Below are positions 38,549 through 47,718 of a stretch of DNA of 64,000 bases, in pieces (within the stretch, counting starts at the first letter, position 1; each line of letters opens with the position of its first letter). Under the pieces are notes generated by a model that saw only the letters and a program-made list of their open reading frames with translations, ran no database searches and was not told the origin of the DNA. The stretch is taken from the IMG/VR virus record IMGVR_UViG_3300012973_001074, positions 1 through 64,000 of that record; one strand, written 5' to 3'. Made by a program: the position numbers and the translations under genes. The DNA comes from a virus. Taxonomy: Duplodnaviria > Caudoviricetes.

Positions 38549-39307
38549 TTACTTCTTGAGGAAGCCGGGGACGGGGAGGCCCAAGTCATCGCCGGCATCG
38601 ACGCCTTGCACGATGATGCTCTTCAGCTCGTTCTTCTTCTTGTCGTCGTTCTTCGCGTTCTGCGCGGCCTTGCTCCCCGAGTTCGTGAGGCCTTCGCCGC
38701 GCTTTTCGGCCGAGACCGGCGCCTCGACGGTGGCGCTCTTGACGATGCGCACCTGCAAGACGTCGACTTGGAACGACGCTCCGTTGCCGTCTTCCGTCGT
38801 GCGCGGGACGCTGAGCCGCTCGATGAGGCAGTTTTCGAGGTCGGCGAGGGCGGTCGAGACGGTGACGAGGGCTCGTGCCTGCTGCGCCGCGTAGAGCAGC
38901 TCCCACATCTCACGTGCGCGAGCGGGAACGTCGCCCGTCGGTGCGAGGACCATCGCCTGGTTCTGCGGCTTCTTGAGCAGGCCCTCGACGAAGCCGACTG
39001 CGGCGCGCGTGAGCCCTCCGGGCGTCGGCGCGAGAGGCGAGGGCTGCTTCGGGATGGCGAGCTCGATGGGGCGGAACTCGGCGAACTTTTCGACGCCGGG
39101 GTTCGACCAAAGCGGTTTGTTCGAGACGTAGCCCTCGATGGTGATCCGCTGATTCTCGGGGCGGGCGTGGTCGGTGATGTTCGCTCCCTCCTCGACCGGA
39201 TGCGAGGTGATGGTCATGACCGATTCGTGCGTTTCGGTCGTGACGACGTCGAAGCGCGCTGCGAGCGTCTCGCCGCTTTTCTTGTCAGTCCAGGAGAGGA
39301 TCAGCAC
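38549..39307 (-). CDS. Tail tube initiator/Dit-like baseplate protein
   Basis: ETHE...ITSHPVEEGANITDHA. Confidence 0.8.
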   Translation of the reverse strand: MLILSWTDKKSGETLAARFDVVTTETHESVMTITSHPVEEGANITDHARPENQRITIEGYVSNKPLWSNPGVEKFAEFRPIELAIPKQPSPLAPTPGGLTRAAVGFVEGLLKKPQNQAMVLAPTGDVPARAREMWELLYAAQQARALVTVSTALADLENCLIERLSVPRTTEDGNGASFQVDVLQVRIVKSATVEAPVSAEKRGEGLTNSGSKAAQNAKNDDKKKNELKSIIVQGVDAGDDLGLPVPGFLKK

Positions 39308-41007
39308 TACGCCCCCCCGGGCTTGAGGGCAGCGTGGGTCGCCTTCATGTTGATCGTCGCGCCCTTGCTTGCGCCGTTCGCGGCAGCGGTCGCGACGCGG
39401 TTCGCGACTTCGGCGGGCGTTCCAGGCGGAACGGTGACGTTGACCTCGGTGTTGATGTTCACTGGCGACGGCGCGCCCTTGATGACGCGTCCGGCTGCCA
39501 CCATCTCCTCACGGACCTGCGCGAGCTCGGCCTTGCCCGCGGCATCGACTCGCTCGAACGCGTCGGCGGCTCCCTTGTGGCTCTCGAGCCCTCCGATGAG
39601 CTCGTCGATGTCCTTCTGGAGGCCGGTGCGCTTCGTGAGCCCCGCGACCTTGCTCATCAGGCGGAGCGGAGCCTGCGTGCCGGCGACTATGCCGTTCCAG
39701 AGCTGCGTGAACGCGTCTTGGACGCTGGCGATGACGAGGAGCCAGCCGTTCTTGAACGCAACCCACTGGACGCGCAGCAGACCGAGCAGGACCTCGCCGC
39801 TTGCAGATACCTTGTCCTTGAAGTTCGCCCAGCCTCCCGTCATCAGGTCCATCACGAAGGCCCACGTCTTGCCGATCGCGATGATGTAGCCGCCGATGTA
39901 CTTCCCGAACGCGGCCTGGATGTCCTTCTTGAGCTCGCTCGTGAAGACGCGCCAGTCGTCGAGAAGCTTCTCGGGACGCTTGCGGATGTCCTCGATGAAG
40001 CGCGTGAACTCGGCCCAGACGTAGAGGACCCACGCGCGAACCTTTTCGGCGGTGCCCTTGCCGAAGACGTTCTCGAGCATCCGCCCGAACGCCGAGTCGC
40101 CGCCGGCGAGGAAGACGAGCAGGTCTTCGAGGATCAGTAGCGGCAGGATGACCTTGAAGAACTGCCCCGAGAGCGTCTTCAGCGCCTTGCCGAGGGGACC
40201 AATCTTGCCGGCGAGAAGGACGATCCCCCTGAGGGCGAGGCCGATGGCGGCGGCCTCAAAGAGCTTCGTGTTCCGAACCACCTTGACGACGACCTGGACC
40301 AAGGTGACGGCACGCTTGGAGAGCTCCAGCAGCGTCGGCAGCACTCGCGACAGGATCGTGATCGCGAGGTTCTTCCAGAGCGTTTTGACGCGCGTGAGGT
40401 TGTCGTTGTACTCCTCCGCGCTCTTTCCGAAGTCCTCGGTGAAGCCGCCGCCGAACGCCTCGAACTCTTCGCGCGTCTTGCGCAGGCCTTCAGCGCCGCC
40501 CTCGAGCAGCGGCATAAGCTGCGCGTAGTTTCGCCCAAGGAGCCGCATGGCGAGCCGGTTCCGCTCGGCGGGGTCCGTGGTCTTCGATAGCTGATCGGCG
40601 ACGTCGTCGAGAATGTCGGTCGCGCCGCGCATCCCGCCGGCAGCGTCCTTCACGGACACGCCGAGCTCCTTCATGGCCTTCGGGTCGTAACGGCCGCTGC
40701 TGAGGCGCGAGAGCGTGGAGGCGAGAGCTTGGGAACTGACGCCGGCGAGCGAGGCTGCGTAGTTCCACTGCTGCAACTCGGCCATGCTCACGCCGAGCAG
40801 GCGCGACTGCTTGGCGAGGGCATCGGCCTCCTCGATGAGACCGTCGGTGAACTTGTAGATGGCGCCGAGGCTGAGGCCGACTCCGAGCGCGCCGGCGAAG
40901 GCCTTGAGCTTGCCGATGAAGCCTTCCACCGCGCCCGCGCCCGCCTTCAGCGGCTTGTCGTCGAAAGTGACGCCGAAGTGGGCGAGGATCTCGCGGAGAG
41001 CAGCCAT
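39307..41007 (-). CDS. Tape measure protein
   Basis: Helical, Ala/Gly-rich, central hydrophobic segments; follows the chaperone genes. Confidence 0.85.
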   Translation of the reverse strand: MAALREILAHFGVTFDDKPLKAGAGAVEGFIGKLKAFAGALGVGLSLGAIYKFTDGLIEEADALAKQSRLLGVSMAELQQWNYAASLAGVSSQALASTLSRLSSGRYDPKAMKELGVSVKDAAGGMRGATDILDDVADQLSKTTDPAERNRLAMRLLGRNYAQLMPLLEGGAEGLRKTREEFEAFGGGFTEDFGKSAEEYNDNLTRVKTLWKNLAITILSRVLPTLLELSKRAVTLVQVVVKVVRNTKLFEAAAIGLALRGIVLLAGKIGPLGKALKTLSGQFFKVILPLLILEDLLVFLAGGDSAFGRMLENVFGKGTAEKVRAWVLYVWAEFTRFIEDIRKRPEKLLDDWRVFTSELKKDIQAAFGKYIGGYIIAIGKTWAFVMDLMTGGWANFKDKVSASGEVLLGLLRVQWVAFKNGWLLVIASVQDAFTQLWNGIVAGTQAPLRLMSKVAGLTKRTGLQKDIDELIGGLESHKGAADAFERVDAAGKAELAQVREEMVAAGRVIKGAPSPVNINTEVNVTVPPGTPAEVANRVATAAANGASKGATINMKATHAALKPGGA

Positions 41008-41009
41008 GG

Positions 41010-41276
41010 CTACCTCGTGGGCGCGTTCAGCTCGGCGTCGCGCTCAGCCCGCTCGTAGGCCTTCGCCTCGACGTCATCCCAGACGTCGAGAGCCATGTTG
41101 GCGTCGAGCAGGTCATCGAGCGACCAGTCGTCGAGTTCGACGAGGGACTTTACTGGGGCGCGCTCGTGAGTGAGGACGCGCCAGACGAACCAGTCGAGGC
41201 CTGGGGGGATGGTCGCTTGGACGCCGCCTTTTGCACGCGGGCGATCATTTGTCCAAGCGACATATCGCCTAAAAAA
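41010..41276 (-). CDS. Tail assembly chaperone C-terminal (GT) part, reached by -1 frameshift
   Basis: Slippery T TTT TTA at 41276-41270; WSLDDLLDANMALD motif. Confidence 0.75.
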   Translation of the reverse strand, partial: FFRRYVAWTNDRPRAKGGVQATIPPGLDWFVWRVLTHERAPVKSLVELDDWSLDDLLDANMALDVWDDVEAKAYERAERDAELNAPTR

Positions 41277-41668
41277 CTGCCGAAGTTGTAGAGCACGCAC
41301 TCGGCGAGCCAGTGAGACATCTGCACGTAGCGACGCGCGAAGTGCTGGTCGAAGACGACGCCAGTGAGCTGCGGCCACTTCTCGCCGCCCTCTGGCTGCG
41401 GAACGCGGACGATGGTGTGCTTGCCGAAGACCTCGTAGAGCTGCTCGGCGGTGTCATCGTCGAGGCCTTCGAGCACCGCTGCGAGCGCTCCGACGAGCGC
41501 CTTTTCGTCGTACGCGTCGGCTGCCGCGAGCTCCTTCAGCGGTGCGACGAGCGCTTGCCAGAGCTTCAGCCAGATCTTGCGCCCTTCTCGGGCGCCGAGC
41601 TGCTGCAGCTTGTAGTCGTGGCCGTCGATCGTGACGTCCTTCTCGATGAGCGAGGTGGTCGCGTCCAT
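41150..41668 (-). CDS. Tail assembly chaperone (G)
   Basis: Between tube and tape measure; FDQHFA...L...NFG.F pattern. Confidence 0.8.
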   Translation of the reverse strand: MDATTSLIEKDVTIDGHDYKLQQLGAREGRKIWLKLWQALVAPLKELAAADAYDEKALVGALAAVLEGLDDDTAEQLYEVFGKHTIVRVPQPEGGEKWPQLTGVVFDQHFARRYVQMSHWLAECVLYNFGSFLGDMSLGQMIARVQKAASKRPSPQASTGSSGASSLTSAPQ

Positions 41669-41677
41669 GGATCTCCC

Positions 41678-42109
41678 TCAGTTGCCGCCGATGAACTGCA
41701 CCGCTCCGTGGACGCCGAAGCGCCACTGGAGCACGTTGGCCTCCTTCGCGTATGCGTTGTCCGGCACCTTGATGATCCACGCCTCGGCCGCGGCGAAGAG
41801 CGATGTGCCTTGGCGATCGCGGATGAGGATCGGCGCGATGCCGGAGCCGCCCGGGATGGCGATGTCGCCGTTGTGGATCGCCGAGAGGAGCGCGTTGCCC
41901 TTCGACGTCCGCATCAGGGTGAGGGTGACCTCGTAGTAGTTGTTGCGGCTCTCGCTGCGCGTGCCCTCTCCGTCGACGCCGGCCTTGTACGTGTACGTGT
42001 CCTCGGCCTTGGCGATGGAGACGAACTCGTCGTCGCCGCGGCCCGTGTCGAAGCTGATGGTCGCGAAGTTGAACGTGACTTCGTTCGCGGAGTAGACCTT
42101 GAGACCCAT
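41678..42109 (-). CDS. Tail tube protein (DUF3277-like)
   Basis: GVDGEGTRS...TLTLMRTSKGNALLS...AWIIKVPD. Confidence 0.85.
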   Translation of the reverse strand: MGLKVYSANEVTFNFATISFDTGRGDDEFVSIAKAEDTYTYKAGVDGEGTRSESRNNYYEVTLTLMRTSKGNALLSAIHNGDIAIPGGSGIAPILIRDRQGTSLFAAAEAWIIKVPDNAYAKEANVLQWRFGVHGAVQFIGGN

Positions 42110-42207
42110 GGCCCGTTGCTCCTGTCGACGCGCCCGCGCGTCTGAGTGAAGGGTTCAGGCGCGCGCGCTCCGGCTCGGGCGCGCGCGTCGATCGAGGGGA
42201 GGAGGCG

Positions 42208-43518
42208 TCAGACCGAGACGCGGCCGCGCACCGGGGTCATGCGGTGAACCGCTCCCGCGAGGTGCGCTGTCCAGTTGACGTCCGGTAGCGTGCGGTTGAT
42301 CCGCTGCGCCGCGGGCACGTTGCGGACGAGCGGAGCGGTGACCGTGGGCTCGGGCTTTGCCGCGAAGCCGCCCGCGTCGATCCCCTGCTGGATGACGGAC
42401 ATGATCGCGCTGCGGAGCGCGTCGACGCCCGAGTCGGTGAAGGGGATCTTCGGATTGTTGCGGAGCGTGAAGAGGACGCGCTCGCGCATGCGCGCGTAGA
42501 CCCAGTCGAGGAACCGGATCGTGTCCATGTACTCACCCGCGCCGCTCTTGCCCTCGAACGTGATGGGCAGGCCGCCCGTGCGCGTGTAGTGCGAGCCGTT
42601 CTTCGCGAGGATGGCATTCTCGTGGCTCTGAAGCAGAGCGTCCGGCCTCACGCCCGAGACCTCCTTGAAGGCCCAGGTGTCCGACCCCGGCTGCGTCGTC
42701 AGGCGTCCCGCCTGCCAGCCCGCGGCGAGCCACTCGCGGCCGCCGATGGCTCGGTGGTAGACGCCGTTCGTGCGCGTGTAGCTCGAGTCTCGAAGCGCCG
42801 AGAAGGTGTCGTCGATGACGTTGCCGTCGAGGATGTCGGTGTCGGCGCTCTGGATCGTCAGGATCTTGCGCGTCGTCTCGATCCAGGCAGCGGCATTCAG
42901 CGCCGTGGCCTTGCTCTGAGAGTCGAGGACGAGCAGGCCATAGAAGTCGAAGTCCTCGTCGGCGATGTTCGGCAGCTCGTTGTCCGTGGTCGTGTCCTCG
43001 GTCACGTCGCGGATGTGCACGCCCGACTCGAGGTCGACGTCGACGACGGTGCCGGGCTCGGCGCTGAGCGTGAGGACATCGCCTTCGACCGCACTGGTCA
43101 TGCCGACCCCGAGGTCGGTGATGACCGAGCCGAGCGCTGCGGCGATCGTGGCCGGCGTCGCGGCAGCGCCGACGGTGTAGCTCAGGGCCTTGCCGCCGAT
43201 CGTGCCCTTGTACCGGAAGCCTTGCCTTGTGATCGTCGGGGTGATCTCGACCGTCTGCGTGAGCGGCGTGACGCGTCGACCGATCTTGAACGTCTCGGGG
43301 CTGGGGTCCTGCGACTTGACGATCTGCGCTGCCCTGTAGAGGTAGTGGTCGGCGTCGAAGCCGTCGTCGAGCATCTCGTCAGGGTCGGCGTACTCCTTGA
43401 CGAGGCGGTCGACCCACGCGACGTGGTGTCCGAAGAGCAGCGGCGTACCGAAGCCCTCCTCGAACGGCGCACGGCTATCGACCGTGATCTGCAGGTTCAT
43501 GATCGTGTCGAGCGACAT
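42208..43518 (-). CDS. Tail sheath protein (DUF3383-like)
   Basis: GFGTPL...PGSDTWAFK..SGV...GEYMDTIRFLDW...KIPFTDSG...LAGAVH. Confidence 0.9.
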   Translation of the reverse strand: MSLDTIMNLQITVDSRAPFEEGFGTPLLFGHHVAWVDRLVKEYADPDEMLDDGFDADHYLYRAAQIVKSQDPSPETFKIGRRVTPLTQTVEITPTITRQGFRYKGTIGGKALSYTVGAAATPATIAAALGSVITDLGVGMTSAVEGDVLTLSAEPGTVVDVDLESGVHIRDVTEDTTTDNELPNIADEDFDFYGLLVLDSQSKATALNAAAWIETTRKILTIQSADTDILDGNVIDDTFSALRDSSYTRTNGVYHRAIGGREWLAAGWQAGRLTTQPGSDTWAFKEVSGVRPDALLQSHENAILAKNGSHYTRTGGLPITFEGKSGAGEYMDTIRFLDWVYARMRERVLFTLRNNPKIPFTDSGVDALRSAIMSVIQQGIDAGGFAAKPEPTVTAPLVRNVPAAQRINRTLPDVNWTAHLAGAVHRMTPVRGRVSV

Positions 43519-43627
43519 GCGGGACTCCTCGTGAGCGGGGCATGGGCGCACGTCGGCGAGGGCCGTCCGCGAGCGGGCGCGGGGCCTTGGTCGTGCGCGA
43601 GGTTGAAGAGGGCAGGGGCGCGCGCGG

Positions 43628-44320
43628 CTAGGGCACGCGCGCGCGGGAGCTACTCTCGAGCCCGGGGCTGAGCTCGCTTTGCATGTTCGACTTGGGGGCT
43701 GCGATGCCCTCGATGTCGGACGACAAGACGATCCGCTCGATCCATCCGACGGGCACCGGATCGACGTCGTTGATGGCGGCGGTGAACGTCACGTCCATCG
43801 ACGCGATGGACCAGCGGCGCTTTTCGTACGTCGCGGTCATGTTCGCCGTGGGGCCGCAGTCGGTGATGTCGACGTTCACCGCGAGCATGCGGTCGTAGGA
43901 GCTCTGGCGGTTGAGTCGCGTGCGGAGTCGCTCGAGCGTGTTCATCGCGGACTGCGCGTCCGTCTCTTCGAGCGACCAGGCTTGCACCTGCAGGACGAAG
44001 CGCCGGAGGCCGCAGATCGTCTCGACGAGGTCGGTGACCGGCTCGCCATCTGCGACGTCGATCGTCTGCTCTTCGTAGCGGAACTCGTCGCCGCCGACGC
44101 CGACGCAGCTCGTGACCTTGAGGAAGAGCGCGAGCGCCTGCTGCGGGTGGATGAACTCGGAAGCTCCAGGGCGCTCCCTCCACTGCGCGCTCCACTCGGG
44201 CGTCTGGAGCGCGTCGTGGTACGGCTTGCCGCCAGGCTCGGCGACGGTCTTGACCTGGTCGACGGCGAGCTCGGTGAAGAGCGCGATGAGCGCCGGATTG
44301 ATCTCGCTCCAGTGCATCAT
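43628..44320 (-). CDS. Neck/tail terminator-like protein
   Basis: Position immediately upstream of the sheath gene. Confidence 0.6.
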   Translation of the reverse strand: MMHWSEINPALIALFTELAVDQVKTVAEPGGKPYHDALQTPEWSAQWRERPGASEFIHPQQALALFLKVTSCVGVGGDEFRYEEQTIDVADGEPVTDLVETICGLRRFVLQVQAWSLEETDAQSAMNTLERLRTRLNRQSSYDRMLAVNVDITDCGPTANMTATYEKRRWSIASMDVTFTAAINDVDPVPVGWIERIVLSSDIEGIAAPKSNMQSELSPGLESSSRARVP

Positions 44321-44329
44321 CGGTGCACC

Positions 44330-44860
44330 TCACTCCTCGCCGCCTCCGCCTCGGCCACCGGTCGCGACGACGCGACCGGTGGCGTTCACCACGTACGTGA
44401 TCGAGCTACGGAGCTGCCCGGTGTCGATGAGGGGGACGCTTGAGCCCTTGCGTTGGATCGTGATGGGAGAGAGCGGCGGCTCGATGCGGTCGGCGATGCG
44501 CTTCTGGATCTCGGCGACGTACAGGTTGCCGAGGCGCTCGAACGCCTGCGCCATGCTCGGCACCTTGCCCTTGGCGACGGCTTCGGCCATGACGACGAGC
44601 TGCGATTCGTGCCGCTCACGGTTCTCGTCCGACCAGTCCGCGATGAACGAGCGTCGCGGGACGCCGAGACCGAACTCGTGAAACGAGCCGATCTCGGCGA
44701 TCGTCGCTTCCGACGAGTGCGGCTTGGCTCCGTCGCCTTCGTGAATGCCGACGGTTAGGAAGGCCTTGGTGGATGCGAGCTTGCGCATCCGTTCGAGCAC
44801 GTCCTTCGCGCCCCTGTCGGTGTCCGTGACCCTGGAGGCGGCCCGGGCGGGACGCGCCAT
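44330..44860 (-). CDS. Neck/tail completion protein
   Basis: HEFG..VPRRSF...PLSPITIQRKGSSVPLIDTGQLRSSITY. Confidence 0.85.
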   Translation of the reverse strand: MARPARAASRVTDTDRGAKDVLERMRKLASTKAFLTVGIHEGDGAKPHSSEATIAEIGSFHEFGLGVPRRSFIADWSDENRERHESQLVVMAEAVAKGKVPSMAQAFERLGNLYVAEIQKRIADRIEPPLSPITIQRKGSSVPLIDTGQLRSSITYVVNATGRVVATGGRGGGGEE

Positions 44861-44863
44861 CGG

Positions 44864-45226
44864 TCAGGGGGCCTTACGGCTCCGGTCCTTGTCGGGCGCA
44901 GCTTCAGTCCGCGTCGGCGGAGCGGAGCGATCGACCACGGGCGTCTCGGTCGTGCGCGCGGTTGCGCCGGGGGGGCCCGAGTGGTCCGAGGCGAGGGCGC
45001 TATCGGTGGCAGGGACCGGGCTCTCTGTCGGCCGGGCGACATCGCCGAGCGAGCGCTTTGCGGCTTCGACCAGTTGCTGACGGAGTCGGCGCGGCGTGGG
45101 CTTGTCGTCGGGCAGCGGGATCGGGGGTTCGTCGCCGATCTTGAGGTTGAGGAAGCGGTAGCCCGAGGGCTGCGTGCGGTCCTGTTCGATGTTGACCTTC
45201 ACTTTGACGGTGACGCTCTTGGGCAT
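44864..45226 (-). CDS. hypothetical protein
   Basis: GAGGA RBS. Confidence 0.55.
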   Translation of the reverse strand: MPKSVTVKVKVNIEQDRTQPSGYRFLNLKIGDEPPIPLPDDKPTPRRLRQQLVEAAKRSLGDVARPTESPVPATDSALASDHSGPPGATARTTETPVVDRSAPPTRTEAAPDKDRSRKAP

Positions 45227-45235
45227 TGGGTCCTC

Positions 45236-45508
45236 TCAGGTGACGATCATCCGGATGCCGACTTGCTTCTTGATGGCGTTGAGCTTCGTCTCGTACGACG
45301 TCATCCGGTCGTCTTCGTCGAGCCGGAGAGAGCGTCCGAACGGGGAGCCTGCGAGATCGATGGCGGCGATGAGGCCGATCGCCATCTCGGCCTTGAGCCC
45401 GTAGACCGCGGGGTCGACCTGGAGCGTCGCGTCGGCGAGCGCCTTCTCGATGAGAGCGCCCGCGCTGCGGAACTCGGGGTACCTCGCGAGGAATTCGGTC
45501 GGGGTCAT
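45236..45508 (-). CDS. Head-tail adaptor (DUF4054-like)
   Basis: EFLARYPEF N-terminus, TSY near the C-terminus. Confidence 0.75.
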   Translation of the reverse strand: MTPTEFLARYPEFRSAGALIEKALADATLQVDPAVYGLKAEMAIGLIAAIDLAGSPFGRSLRLDEDDRMTSYETKLNAIKKQVGIRMIVT

Positions 45509-45512
45509 GAGG

Positions 45513-46037
45513 TCACGTCCTCGCGCGAGCGGTCTTCTTCGGCGGCTTGTGCTTGCCCTTGTCGCTCTGCGCCGGGATGGTCGACGGCGGCGCTGGCGGA
45601 GCGATGTCCGGACGCGGCGCCGGAACGAACGGCGGCGCTGGCAGCTCCGCGGGTTCGGGAGTCGGCGCAGGGACGGGCAGGGGATTGATGGGCGCCGGGA
45701 TCGCCGGCGGCGCCTCAGGAGCGGCCGGCATGGGACCTGGCAATGGCTTCTCGGTCGAGTCCTCGGTCGGCGTCGGCTCGACGACGTCCGGCGGCTCGAC
45801 TGGTGCTGCGGGCACGGCCACGGGCGCAGGCGCGACGACGCTCGGCGAGGGCGCGAGCGGGTTCGTCGTCGTCGTCGGCTCCTGGTCGATGACGGTGACG
45901 AGTTTCGACTTGACGAGCGCGCGCAGGAGCGCGCGTTCGCTGCGACTGAGAGAATCCGGGAGGCGGTTCTCTCCCTTCTCGATGAAGGACCGTCCGTTCC
46001 GACGGAAGCCGCCGCGAACCTTGCTGAAGACGAGCAT
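45513..46037 (-). CDS. Pro-rich hypothetical protein
   Basis: Directly downstream of the capsid gene. Confidence 0.55.
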   Translation of the reverse strand: MLVFSKVRGGFRRNGRSFIEKGENRLPDSLSRSERALLRALVKSKLVTVIDQEPTTTTNPLAPSPSVVAPAPVAVPAAPVEPPDVVEPTPTEDSTEKPLPGPMPAAPEAPPAIPAPINPLPVPAPTPEPAELPAPPFVPAPRPDIAPPAPPSTIPAQSDKGKHKPPKKTARART

Positions 46038-46039
46038 CG

Positions 46040-47044
46040 TCACGCCGCGAACACGAAGTCCAGGTACCGCATCGCGAGCGGCTGGTAGATCTTTACTCCG
46101 CCGCAGCGAGCGTGGCAGTTGTGGAGGAATTCGAAGACCTTCTGCTCGGGCGGCATGACCTCGAACTCCTGCGGAATGATCGCCTCGAGCACGTCGGGTG
46201 TCTTCCGGTACGAGATGGCGCGAGGCACGCCTCCGACGCCCGCCTTGTTGAGGCGGTGCCATGGTGCGATTGTCGTGATGTTCGGGTTGTTGCGGCGGAA
46301 GATCGTGAGGATCGACTCGCCCGTGAGCGCCGAGAACGGCGTCTGCTGGATGTAGCTGAAGTACCGGGTCGGCAGGAGGAGGGTGTCCGCCGCCCACTGA
46401 TTGTCGGAGTAGTTGCCGACTTCGGCCGCGAGGCGCGCGAGGTCAGCGAGGATGATGTCGGGGTCGAGCGGCGTCGTCGGCGGAGCGCCGGCGGCGGTGA
46501 GCCAGGCGCCTCCGCCCATGACGCCGAGCGCGGCGACGAAGGGGTTGTTCACGAGGCCGTTGAGGCCGACGTCCGGGAGCACGCCGTTCTCGTCGGCGAG
46601 CGAGCCGAACGCGAGGACCTCGTCGATGCCGCGCTCGATGAAGTCCGCGGCCGCGCGAGCTTTCGAGTCCGACAGCTGTACGCCGAGGCGCGCCGCTTCG
46701 CGTAGTTCGTTGATGTCCCAGCCGTAGGCGGCGCCGATCGGCGTCACCTTGCCGAGCACCTCCTCGGCCGCGACGTCGACGCGCGGGATGTCGTCGCTCT
46801 TGTACGTGATGAGCTTCGCCCGGCCGACGGGCTTCATGACCTTGTAGCTGTAGGTCGAAGCGCTCGCGGCGATGTCCGTCGCCTTCGGGGCAAACGTGCG
46901 CGCGAGCGTCGGCAGGAACGCGACTTCGTACATCTTCGCGCGCAGCTGCGTGAGCTCGCGCTCGAGGAACATCGTCTCGTTCGCGTCGAAGTGCTGCACG
47001 AGCGCTGCGCGCTGCAGACGCTTGTACTGGATCTCGTCGAGCAT
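46040..47044 (-). CDS. Major capsid protein (DUF2184-like)
   Basis: FLERELTQL...DIPRVD...GWDINEL...GLVNNP...ARCGGVKIYQPLA. Confidence 0.92.
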   Translation of the reverse strand: MLDEIQYKRLQRAALVQHFDANETMFLERELTQLRAKMYEVAFLPTLARTFAPKATDIAASASTYSYKVMKPVGRAKLITYKSDDIPRVDVAAEEVLGKVTPIGAAYGWDINELREAARLGVQLSDSKARAAADFIERGIDEVLAFGSLADENGVLPDVGLNGLVNNPFVAALGVMGGGAWLTAAGAPPTTPLDPDIILADLARLAAEVGNYSDNQWAADTLLLPTRYFSYIQQTPFSALTGESILTIFRRNNPNITTIAPWHRLNKAGVGGVPRAISYRKTPDVLEAIIPQEFEVMPPEQKVFEFLHNCHARCGGVKIYQPLAMRYLDFVFAA

Positions 47045-47229
47045 CTTTCGGGTCCTTTCGTGCGGACAAAGCGCCGCCGGCCCGGTGCGCAGCGAGGCGC
47101 CCAGGCTCTGAAGTCCTTGGTGATGAGAGGGAGCGAGAGAGCGGGGAAACGCGAACGCCCCGCGACTTCAGTGAGTCAGCGGGGCGTTGTTCGCGCGCGC
47201 GGCGATGTCCGCGCTACGTGTCGAGCGGC

Positions 47230-47718
47230 TTACGCGCCGTTGGGGCGGCCCGGGTAGTTGAGCTGCAGAACCGCGACGCCCGCGGCGCCGACGCCGCGAT
47301 AGACGCTGACGCCCGAGGGCTGCACCGCGCTTGCGTCGTCAGCGTCGTTGCGCCATCCGCCCTTCGTGCCCTCTCCTGCGAAGCGGACGAACGGAGTCGC
47401 CTGCGCGGCGATCGCCTGCTCCGTTGCGACCCAGACGCGGCCCTGCAGCATGACGGGCACGACGTCGCCCTGCTTGTGGCCCAGGCCGCTCGGACGCGTC
47501 GGGGTAGCGAGGGCGACGCCGCCCTCGCCATCGGTGACCTCCGCAGCGTCGTCGGCGAGCTCGCAGTAGCCGCCGCTCACGCGGACGTATGCACCGAAGG
47601 GAATGTCCTCCTGCGCGACGCAAGAGACCACGTCCTTCGGGCCCGTGTCGTAGATCAAGCCCGGGTAGCCGGCGCTCGGCTCCGCGGTGATCGCTGTCTG
47701 AACCACGTCGGCCATCAC
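47230..47718 (-). CDS. Head decoration/cement protein
   Basis: AGYPG...IPFG...VPVMLQGRVWV; between protease and capsid. Confidence 0.8.
   Translation of the reverse strand: MMADVVQTAITAEPSAGYPGLIYDTGPKDVVSCVAQEDIPFGAYVRVSGGYCELADDAAEVTDGEGGVALATPTRPSGLGHKQGDVVPVMLQGRVWVATEQAIAAQATPFVRFAGEGTKGGWRNDADDASAVQPSGVSVYRGVGAAGVAVLQLNYPGRPNGA

Noticed and set aside
33872-43518. Tailocin/eCIS/T6SS interpretation
   Set aside because: Capsid, portal and terminase genes are present, so this is a DNA-packaging phage.
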